A stretch of DNA of 44,916 nt, taken from assembly GCA_964645535.1 (NCBI GenBank), contig CAZYCQ010000002.1, positions 1,923 through 46,838 on the forward strand. Direction: 5' to 3'. Each line of letters starts with the position of its first letter. The stretch's first letter is position 1. The notes under the pieces are model-generated. The model ran no database searches, was not told the origin of the DNA, and saw only the letters and a list, made by a program, of their open reading frames with translations. Shown here in pieces: positions 37,331-44,916 of this stretch. The stretch comes from an uncultured archaeon (GTDB lineage: Archaea > Asgardarchaeota > Heimdallarchaeia > Heimdallarchaeales > Kariarchaeaceae). Position numbers and translations under genes: made by a program.

Positions 37331-39205
37331 CTATCCTTTTCTGCGAAGCAGGATGAAGACTGCACCACCCAAACCTAGAATGATGCCGATAATTCCTCCT
37401 AGAACTATGGAGAAATTTCCCTCATTAACGTTCCCGTTTAGGAGTTCACCAAAGGGGTCAGATGAGACGAGGTCGGAGGTTGTTATTTGCCCGGTTTCGT
37501 TGGCAGGGGCAACAGTAACCGTAACGAAAAATTCCTTTAGAACATTGAACTCAGAGATTGAAACTGTTCCTGTCAGATTGAGATCCAAAGGTTCCTCAAG
37601 AGCAGCAAATCCCGTTGCCACCCAAGTAAAGGTTGCCTTTCCCTCAGAATCGGTCAAGGCAGTGGCGGATGTAGAATTGCTTGATTTAAATTGACCAACC
37701 AAAGATTCGATGTTGATCAATGCATCTGCATAGGGGGCATTTGTGGAATTCAGGACTGTAATGGTAACGGTCACTTCATCACCAGGAGCCAAAGTTGACT
37801 TATCAGTTTCTGCCAGTATGTTGAAGGTAACCGGCAGGGGGTTCACATGGATTGGAAGCGTAGTAGTCGCCACACCCGTTTCATTTCCATAAACTTCTAC
37901 CAAGATTCCGATATTTGATCCGATAACAGAAATGGGAACAAGATCGGCAATCCAATGAGCTACCGCCATTCCATCGGCATCAGTGGTCAACTTAATGGAA
38001 TCTTGCAGATTTTCCGCAAAATAACCCCCTTGGGAGGTTGACAGTTCAACGGTGGCACCAATAACCGCAAGGGATTTGTAAGTAACGGTGACTTCAATCT
38101 GAACCGTTTGGTTAACTTCGACAGTCGAGGAATTCACAGAGACCTTGAGTTTGTAGATTATGGGGTTCAAGGTAAGAGTATTATTCAGGAGGTACAAAAC
38201 ACCTCCTTTGCTTATTGTGGCTTGGAAGGTAACCTCAACACTTGATGCAACGGAAGGTGGCTCCCAAACAAAGACCGCAGTGCCAGTTGAGTTAGTGGTC
38301 TTCTGCTGATTGAATGGGATACCAGGACTGATTGAGGTCAATACAACGTCAGCACCGGCAATTTCACCATGAGTACCTGCAGCTTGAACCACGATTGTGG
38401 TGTTTTCTCCAGAGGTTGCCACATCAGGCAAAATAAGCTGGGAAAGACTCATATCAATCTGCACCAATGCCAGATTTTCAGAGGCAGTGAATGTCAAACC
38501 TGCTCGCGTTGTCGCAATGGCAAATATTGAGATGTTCAGAGGTTCTGAAACTACATCTGGAGCCTGCCAGATGGTGGTGACCCTTCCTTGGGCATCAGTC
38601 AGGAGGTTGTTGGTAGTGAATGAACCAACAGCAGGTGTTGCATTAAAGGTCACCTGCATGTTTGACAGGTCTCCACCATCAATTGAAAAACTGGAAAAGG
38701 TCACTTCCACCGCCGAACCAGGGCCCACTGTGGTTGTATTTAGTGTCACAGTGGTTGCGGTCAGCTCAATGGCGAATGGAGTAATGGTGACCGTCTGTGT
38801 GGGAACTTGATAGGTATCCCCTGCATATGTTACGTTAACCTTGATTTCAACATCAGGAATATCAACAGCTGTGGTGGGGACAAACCATGTGAGAGAGATA
38901 TATCCAGTCTCGTTTGATGGCCCGAATTGGGAAATGGCATTTGCGGTTTCGTTGCGTGTGCCATCACCAATGATGCCGGCGTCTCCTGAAGGAGAAATGA
39001 TCTGAATTGAGGCATCAGCCCCCAGCACAAATCCAGAAGAATCGGCGGTAAAGATCTCAATTGTTGTAATCGATCCACTTAGAACGAAGCCAGTATTGTT
39101 ACCGACTGTAACAGTAGAGGAATCTAAGATAGTAGCAGTTCCAAGGTTCAAATGGATGGCATTAAGACTTATGACCAAGAGTAAAAGGAGTCCTCGGCGG
39201 TTCAT
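37331..39205 (-). CDS. Surface protein with five Big_1/invasin-like Ig domains and C-terminal TM anchor
   Basis: Signal peptide; five ~100-aa units with T(D/N)xxG....W; TM GGIIGIILGLGG followed by RRKG. Confidence 0.8.
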   Translation of the reverse strand: MNRRGLLLLLVISLNAIHLNLGTATILDSSTVTVGNNTGFVLSGSITTIEIFTADSSGFVLGADASIQIISPSGDAGIIGDGTRNETANAISQFGPSNETGYISLTWFVPTTAVDIPDVEIKVNVTYAGDTYQVPTQTVTITPFAIELTATTVTLNTTTVGPGSAVEVTFSSFSIDGGDLSNMQVTFNATPAVGSFTTNNLLTDAQGRVTTIWQAPDVVSEPLNISIFAIATTRAGLTFTASENLALVQIDMSLSQLILPDVATSGENTTIVVQAAGTHGEIAGADVVLTSISPGIPFNQQKTTNSTGTAVFVWEPPSVASSVEVTFQATISKGGVLYLLNNTLTLNPIIYKLKVSVNSSTVEVNQTVQIEVTVTYKSLAVIGATVELSTSQGGYFAENLQDSIKLTTDADGMAVAHWIADLVPISVIGSNIGILVEVYGNETGVATTTLPIHVNPLPVTFNILAETDKSTLAPGDEVTVTITVLNSTNAPYADALINIESLVGQFKSSNSTSATALTDSEGKATFTWVATGFAALEEPLDLNLTGTVSISEFNVLKEFFVTVTVAPANETGQITTSDLVSSDPFGELLNGNVNEGNFSIVLGGIIGIILGLGGAVFILLRRKG

Positions 39206-39231
39206 GTTTCATGATGTATTGCCATTTAATT

Positions 39232-39239
39232 TATTTAAA
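39232..39239 (-). promoter_or_regulatory. TATA box of Ig-protein/giant-pilin operon
   Basis: TTTAAATA on minus strand, 26 nt before ATG 39205. Confidence 0.65.
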
Positions 39240-39270
39240 AGGTTTGGAGATGTTTTTCACTAGAAAAAAA

Positions 39271-42200
39271 TCAACCACTTAGAAAAGGTGAGAAAAGGTC
39301 TCTTACAAACCATTCTTGGCTACCAAGAAATTTGGTGATTTTGGCTCGTTTTTTGGTGTGGAGTGAGGAGAAATTCTGTGTTGCGTTGAGGAAAGACCTG
39401 TGAAAGGCATCTATTAGGAAAAGATGAAAATCGGATTGTCGGGAGAGGTTTTTGGAGGCAAACATTGAATTGATCACGGAAGAGGGATCCTCAAGTTGCC
39501 ATCTTGAAAAGGCATGGGTCAACAATGTGAGGATTGAAATGGAGGAGGCTTCAGATTCCTGTTTCAATGAGAATATGAGTAATTCCATCAATCGATAATA
39601 AAGGGAAACCAAAAAGTCCTGTGGGATGTTTTGCTGCTCCCACAATCCGGAAACAAGGTTTGCAAGTTCTTCAACTCTTTTTTGGGAGGTGAGCTGACGT
39701 AAAGCCTCGTACTCATTTCCTGAAAAGAGGAGGTGACTGAGAATGATGACAGTCAATTGACTTGAAAGATGGGTAAGCCAATCAAATGGAAAGCCTGTTC
39801 CAGTTCGGACATTTTTGCCGAGCGCCAAAATTTCAAAGGCATGGGGAAGAAACCTATGGAACATAGGTGTTGAGTTTTCATCATATTCGGATCCAATCAA
39901 TGCAAGAATGAAAAGGAAATCATGAAGATAGGTGGCCAAGGATTTGGGAGGAACAACTTCCGAGCGGGAAACCGCCTGAGCAAAAGACGATTTAAAAAAT
40001 GCGATTTGTTGAATCAAGGGTTTGGCCGATCGTTTTCCAGTCAGAACAGAGTGGATTTCATCAGTCAGTTGCTCAAAAAGGTACATTTTTGCAATGATAA
40101 AGCCCATGATTTCAAGGATCATTTCCGGTTGCCAAGTTTCGGAAAGATCAAGAAGAATGTTGCAGAATTCGACAAACTCTGAGTAGGAATTGGGGAAAAT
40201 AGATGGAACTACGATATTCATGGCATTGTCAAAATAGGTCACCATAGTTGTGGTGAGTTCCATGAACTCCTGTAATTGGTTTGCCCTTTCTTTCAGCGGC
40301 TGGTGCTGGAGAGATTCACGGTACAATTTCCGAACAAATTGAGAAAGGCGTGAATAAGTGCTGGAAGCAAGATCATCCCATTCATACCTAAGATGCTCAA
40401 GCAACAGCGATTTATATGATCTATTGAGAATTTGCAGGTTCCAAAGTTCTTGAATCCTTATATTGAAGGCATATGCATATTCACCCATGAGCAACAGTCC
40501 CAGCTTTTTATTCTCCAGAAAATTCCGGAGGGCGTGTCCTTGGAAAAACATCTCCTCCAGTTCATCAAGGAGAAGACCGCCGAATTTTCCTTCACGGAAG
40601 GAAAGATAGGTATCAAGAAGGGAGGAAAACAGCTGTCTTACATCATTAAGTGGAGGAGGATCGCGTTTCAAGGTTTCCTCAAGACCAGAATTCCTTCCAC
40701 TGAAAGAGAGCAGGTATAGAGGGGTCAGGAAAAATTCATTGTATCCAAAGATTCTTCTTTTCGGGTTACATGGATAAAGCAAGTCAAGGAGGACAACCAA
40801 GATGGGAGCTTTAGATGCAACAAATTGGCGAAAAGGCAGGAGAATATCTTCATCAACGTCAAAAAACCCTTGTAGGAGATCATCTACCGTTCTCACCAAT
40901 AGGGGAATATCTAGATGTTTTTCAAGAAACTTTTTGACAAATAGCAGTAGAAAGCTGTCATTGATTTCCTCAGGATCTGGATGCAGACTTGCCTTCAGTG
41001 GAAGTGTATAAGAGACCTGTGTCGTGAATCCATGGATCAATTCTGAACCAGTTGCCAACAAGGAATCGATCAGAAGAACCATCTTCTCTTTTGAAGGAAA
41101 TGTCCATGTTAGGGCAAGATTAAGCAAATCCATGGAAAAGGTCGGGGGAAGGTGCAAAAAGCACTCAATTATGATGCCTGCAAGCTTTCTCAATTTCGGG
41201 GAAACTTTAGTGGCATTGAGAAGGTTCATTGAAAAGGTTTCGAGCATCTGTCTTCTTTCGTGAAGCGGCATCAACGCCGATTGCAAAATGGAAAGAATCT
41301 CAATCAATGTATCTTCGAGATAGGGAAAGATGAATTCAAGAATATGATCAGGGGGAATAACTCCTGCGAGAATTGCCATTGCAATTCCAATGGAGAGTTG
41401 TTCTAGATTCAAATTGCTAATTTTTGCAGGAGTGAGTAAAACCTCCTGGATTTCTTCAAGGAATTGCTCAAATTCCTCACTAGAAGGCAGATTGTATATC
41501 GTCAGAGTTTCTTTCCAAGATTTGAATATTTGGTTGAAAGTTTCCATGGACTGAAGAAGCTCAATTTCATCCTCTGAAAAGCTTAATTCCTTCAGGACAC
41601 TTGCCAGAAGGCGAAGATTGTAGTCCGAGTTTATCTTGATATATTTATCTTCAATGAAGAAGAAACGATCAAAATAGATCCAATTGTCCTTAACAGCATC
41701 AAGTTCTAGGTGCACATCCACAAAGGTGCGAAACATTCCTCTAGGAGAAGGAAAGGGGATGTCTGAAGTTGCATGTAAAGAGGAATAGGCGTTCCAGAGA
41801 TGTTCCAAGAAAGTTTGGCCAAAGGGAAGCTCCAAGAGCTCTTTCATAAGCGATCGTCCAGTTACCATTTCTTGTGTAAAATGACCTTTTTCTAAAGGTT
41901 GAGACATTCCAGCTACCCTTTCTCCAAAGAGGAGGAGAGAGTTCATGGGCATGGATCGATCCAGCTCTACTTCAAGGAGTGAAAGGGTTCTTTCAAGAAA
42001 CTGGGGATCCAAATCTTCAAGATTCTTGGACAATGTTTTGGAATTAAGGCAATGCCGTCGTCGTTCGTAAAGAAGCGGAACAGTAAACCTGTTCAATGGA
42101 ATTGGAGCAAGCCGAAAGATAGCATATGTTGAGGGAATAGAAGAATAGAGCTGTTTGAGACTTAAGATGATGGGAATGGTTGCTTGACCTTCAACCAAAT

Positions 42201-43230
42201 CTTTGAGAAGTTTGCCGATATCATTTTTGAACATATCAGCATGGAGGAACATAAGATCTGCATGATCCAAGACAAGCCAGATGGAATGCCAGATACCTAA
42301 GTCACGGATGTTGTCAAAAGCATTCCGGATCCAAGACTTCTTCCTTTTTGAGCTGGTGGTTAATGCTGAATACAATGCCTCCTTCTTATTGAGAGTCAGA
42401 TCCATCTGATCCACAAAAGAGAGAAAAACCTCTTGTAAGTCCTTATTAACAGGCTTTGCGAGTAAAGAGAGATCCACATAAAAAATCAAACGTTGATCCA
42501 GTTCTCCTGAAATTGATTTCAGAACCATTGTAGAGCCATCATTATGGTTTGAAAGGAGGACAATGCGATGGCTATCCTCATTGGAAAGAAATTCATCAAG
42601 CCTTGTGATCACAGATCCTCTCAACCATTGGAAAAGGGACGGAGCTTTTCGAGGGCAAGCGTAGATTTCACGAAACGAATTGTTTAGCAGAAGAGCCTCT
42701 TCTGAGCAGTTATCGGTCAAGTTTTCCGGAACATTGAATTCAAGAATTACCGCAACAAGCCATCCTTTGGTGGTAAGGAAAACGGAATTCCAAGTAGAGG
42801 AGCCTTTGCCGCGAACAAGCTTGATTAACCCATCTTTTTCCAATTCAGCAAGAACATTGGTAGTGAAGAACTGCCGGAATTTTTTCTTTGAATTAAAGAG
42901 TGAGCCCCACTGATCAATTACACCGCGATTTCTTGATTGGTGCATGGCCATAATTTCGGATCTTGCGATCAGGCGGAATTCAGGTCGGGGAATGAAAAGG
43001 TCAGCAGGTGTAAATTGATCGGAGAAAATTGCCCTTTGGAAAGCGAGCCGTCCGAGATGGAGAAGAAATTGGGTTCCATACAGGTTCTCATTTACAAATT
43101 CGGCAGAAGAAAACGCCTCTTCAATAGTCTCTTCTGAAAGAGTTGGAAGCTTGAACCATTTTTCAGAGAGGGGGATTGATTTCAATGTCTGGAGCAGTTT
43201 CCGTTGCTTTTCAAGGTTCAACGGTTTCAT
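39271..43230 (-). CDS. 1319-aa protein: wHTH + degenerate AAA+/STAND-like NTPase + long alpha-helical region
   Basis: LAELEKDGLI...VFLTTKG (wHTH); IVLLSNHNDGSTMVL (eroded Walker A); FYVDL; WLVLDHAD (Walker B-like); Leu/Phe-rich helical tail. Confidence 0.6.
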   Translation of the reverse strand: MKPLNLEKQRKLLQTLKSIPLSEKWFKLPTLSEETIEEAFSSAEFVNENLYGTQFLLHLGRLAFQRAIFSDQFTPADLFIPRPEFRLIARSEIMAMHQSRNRGVIDQWGSLFNSKKKFRQFFTTNVLAELEKDGLIKLVRGKGSSTWNSVFLTTKGWLVAVILEFNVPENLTDNCSEEALLLNNSFREIYACPRKAPSLFQWLRGSVITRLDEFLSNEDSHRIVLLSNHNDGSTMVLKSISGELDQRLIFYVDLSLLAKPVNKDLQEVFLSFVDQMDLTLNKKEALYSALTTSSKRKKSWIRNAFDNIRDLGIWHSIWLVLDHADLMFLHADMFKNDIGKLLKDLVEGQATIPIILSLKQLYSSIPSTYAIFRLAPIPLNRFTVPLLYERRRHCLNSKTLSKNLEDLDPQFLERTLSLLEVELDRSMPMNSLLLFGERVAGMSQPLEKGHFTQEMVTGRSLMKELLELPFGQTFLEHLWNAYSSLHATSDIPFPSPRGMFRTFVDVHLELDAVKDNWIYFDRFFFIEDKYIKINSDYNLRLLASVLKELSFSEDEIELLQSMETFNQIFKSWKETLTIYNLPSSEEFEQFLEEIQEVLLTPAKISNLNLEQLSIGIAMAILAGVIPPDHILEFIFPYLEDTLIEILSILQSALMPLHERRQMLETFSMNLLNATKVSPKLRKLAGIIIECFLHLPPTFSMDLLNLALTWTFPSKEKMVLLIDSLLATGSELIHGFTTQVSYTLPLKASLHPDPEEINDSFLLLFVKKFLEKHLDIPLLVRTVDDLLQGFFDVDEDILLPFRQFVASKAPILVVLLDLLYPCNPKRRIFGYNEFFLTPLYLLSFSGRNSGLEETLKRDPPPLNDVRQLFSSLLDTYLSFREGKFGGLLLDELEEMFFQGHALRNFLENKKLGLLLMGEYAYAFNIRIQELWNLQILNRSYKSLLLEHLRYEWDDLASSTYSRLSQFVRKLYRESLQHQPLKERANQLQEFMELTTTMVTYFDNAMNIVVPSIFPNSYSEFVEFCNILLDLSETWQPEMILEIMGFIIAKMYLFEQLTDEIHSVLTGKRSAKPLIQQIAFFKSSFAQAVSRSEVVPPKSLATYLHDFLFILALIGSEYDENSTPMFHRFLPHAFEILALGKNVRTGTGFPFDWLTHLSSQLTVIILSHLLFSGNEYEALRQLTSQKRVEELANLVSGLWEQQNIPQDFLVSLYYRLMELLIFSLKQESEASSISILTLLTHAFSRWQLEDPSSVINSMFASKNLSRQSDFHLFLIDAFHRSFLNATQNFSSLHTKKRAKITKFLGSQEWFVRDLFSPFLSG

Positions 43231-43237
43231 TCATGAT

Positions 43238-43783
43238 CTAATCCATTAGCATCGAATTTGAAATTTCTTCGACCAAATCCTCGAATACTTTCTCTACGTT
43301 GAAACCAAGAAGTGCAGATGTTTCTACGTAAGAGACATCGTAACCGGACCAATCGGACAGGGTCTCAGCATAGTTCTTCGCTACCTCGGTGGGAACACAC
43401 CATTTCTCTCCTTCTTTTCGCAGATCAACCTTGTTACCTACAAGGATGAAGGGGATCATTTTACCGACGTTCTTGATGACTTCATCAATCCATCGTGGGA
43501 TATTTTCATAGGTTTGTGGTCTTGTGACATCAAAAACGACTAGAGCACCATTTGCTCCGTTGTAGTAACCTTCCCTGACAACTTCGAAATTCTCCTGTCC
43601 CGCAAGATCCCAGATCTGGAAGATGGTATTCCCAATCCGCTTGATCCCGAAATCCGCACCGATTGTCATCAGATAGTTATATGAAAATCCTTCTCCAAGG
43701 TATCTGCGCCTCAGGGAGGTCTTTCCCACCATTGGATCCCCTACGAGAACAAGCTTGAATGTTTGTTTCTGGTCAAAATCCAT
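43238..43783 (-). CDS. Rab-like small GTPase (eukaryotic signature protein)
   Basis: GDPMVGKTS, TIGADF, IWDLAGQE, YYNGA, VFDVT, GNKVD, ETSA; no C-terminal Cys prenylation motif. Alternative TTG start at 43798. Confidence 0.95.
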   Translation of the reverse strand: MDFDQKQTFKLVLVGDPMVGKTSLRRRYLGEGFSYNYLMTIGADFGIKRIGNTIFQIWDLAGQENFEVVREGYYNGANGALVVFDVTRPQTYENIPRWIDEVIKNVGKMIPFILVGNKVDLRKEGEKWCVPTEVAKNYAETLSDWSGYDVSYVETSALLGFNVEKVFEDLVEEISNSMLMD

Positions 43784-43919
43784 CTTCAATTTGATCAATT
43801 ACAGACACCATCCTATATTTACTTATCCGTCTGGTTACAAACGGACGGTTTGCATTGACTGGAAAAATTGCTCCACTCTACCGAGAAATATTATTAAATG
43901 GAGAAGATGGGGTTGAATC

Positions 43920-44702
43920 ATGCTTCCCGGTTTGACTACTGCCCAAATGATTGAGATGGACAGAATAATGGTGGAAGAATTTAAGATTCCCATCGAATTG
44001 ATGATGGAAAATGCAGGTCTTCATTTCGCCCGATCTATGGTTCAGAACGCCAAAGATGCAGAAAAGTTCCTAATTGTGGCAGGAGGAGGGAACAACGGAG
44101 GAGGTGGAATAACCGCAGCTAGGAGGCTGAAGGCATGGGGAAAGGACGTTATCCTTTGGGTTGCTTCTCGAAAAATTAGGGAAATACCTCAAAGACAACT
44201 GGAGCGATTTGTTGGAATGAATGGAAATGTCCAAAGAAAAGTGGAGGAGGTGAGGAAAAAGCTCAGAACATGGGAAGAGAAAGGAGTTCCATACCTTGTA
44301 GGAGATGCGTATATCGGATACGGGTTTACAGGATCACCATCAGCACATGCATTGGAAGTATTTGAACTGATAGGACAGACGGAGAGGATAATTTCACTAG
44401 ATGCACCCTCAGGACTGAACACAACAACAGGAGAGATGCACAACGAGTTCTTACCGGATTTGACCTTGACCATTGCATTCATGAAAAAGGGGCTTGTTGA
44501 AAATCCAAAACAGGTTGGGAATGTTGAGGTTGTCGATATAGGAGTTCCGAAGCAGATTTTTGAACAAAGAATGGAGATAAATTGGGAACAGTTTTCCATA
44601 GATGAGTTGAATGTGCTTTACCAAAATTTTCTCAACAAAGGGAAATCGATGACATCTATTTATTCATCAAAAGGATGGAAACCTAATTCCGATATTTCTT
44701 GA
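43920..44702 (+). CDS. nnrE: NAD(P)H-hydrate epimerase (stand-alone YjeF_N)
   Basis: MMENAG, GGGNNGGGG..AAR.L, DAYIGYG, SLDAPSG, DIGVP. Confidence 0.88.
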   Translation: MLPGLTTAQMIEMDRIMVEEFKIPIELMMENAGLHFARSMVQNAKDAEKFLIVAGGGNNGGGGITAARRLKAWGKDVILWVASRKIREIPQRQLERFVGMNGNVQRKVEEVRKKLRTWEEKGVPYLVGDAYIGYGFTGSPSAHALEVFELIGQTERIISLDAPSGLNTTTGEMHNEFLPDLTLTIAFMKKGLVENPKQVGNVEVVDIGVPKQIFEQRMEINWEQFSIDELNVLYQNFLNKGKSMTSIYSSKGWKPNSDIS

Positions 44703-44916
44703 ACCTGACAATTACAGCCACACCCATTGAAACAATTGCCAACGGTAAAATGAAACCAGGACTTGGTTGACTTGGGGCAGGCGTTGATGAGGCAACCGGG
44801 GTTTCACTTGTAGAAGTGGTGGTTGGCGTCGGAGTTGGTGTAGGTGTCGGAGTAGGGGTGGGTGTAGGCGTCGGAGTAGGGGTGGGTGTAGGCGTCGGAG
44901 TTGGCGTGGGTGTAGG
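44683..44916 (-). CDS. 3' end of a surface protein with Pro-Thr linker and PGF-CTERM-like sorting signal (not in ORF track; truncated by window edge)
   Basis: Manual translation: (PT)16-TTSTSETPVASSTPAPSQPSPGFILPLAIVSMGVAVIVRFKKYRN*. Confidence 0.85.
   Translation of the reverse strand, partial: PTPTPTPTPTPTPTPTPTPTPTPTPTPTPTPTTTSTSETPVASSTPAPSQPSPGFILPLAIVSMGVAVIVRFKKYRN
44821..44916 (-). repeat. Coding Pro-Thr hexanucleotide repeat (CCN ACN)x16, including an exact 24-bp tandem duplication
   Basis: The unit gtcggagtaggggtgggtgtaggc occurs twice in tandem on the + strand; third codon positions vary elsewhere. Confidence 0.9.

Noticed and set aside
44821-44916. Telomere-like or CRISPR-like G-rich repeat
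   Set aside because: Third-position variation and the open frame show it encodes a Pro-Thr linker; no spacers
1-44916. tRNA, rRNA, CRISPR array, IS element, selenoprotein
   Set aside because: Intergenic gaps are short (under ~210 nt) and show no cloverleaf, repeat-spacer pattern or terminal inverted repeats; no transposase; no gene seen interrupted by an in-frame TGA at a catalytic Cys. By-eye check only; tRNAscan and Infernal not run

Overview
Gene-dense archaeal window with about 42 CDS; I found no rRNA, tRNA, CRISPR array or recognisable IS. It is most likely from an Asgard archaeon, possibly Heimdallarchaeia (inference). Supporting signs are a Rab-like small GTPase, stand-alone Kae1, a geranylgeranyl reductase, CofE, a class III (archaeal pilin) signal peptide, a PGF-CTERM tail and TATA promoters. 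The left 23 kb is mostly housekeeping and metabolite repair: pyrD, arginase, Bcp, PduO, nitroreductase, DUF1028, rhomboid, cofE, GGR, MOSC, HIT, SepF-like, ferredoxin, kae1, a NUDIX-MBL fusion, surE and an MFS transporter. It also holds an orphan HPt protein and a His-motif membrane protein of unknown function. The right half is more unusual: (i) a MoxR AAA+/VWA/SWIM-like operon; (ii) an orphan N6-adenine DNA methyltransferase; (iii) a two-gene surface module with a 5x Ig-like membrane-anchored protein and a 1287-aa pilin-like protein carrying 13 tandem beta-sandwich repeats; (iv) a Rab-like GTPase tightly linked to a 1319-aa protein with a wHTH, a degenerate AAA+/STAND-like NTPase and a long helical region. 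Modules iii and iv are the best candidates for undescribed systems. All calls come from reading motifs by eye; no database searches were run.
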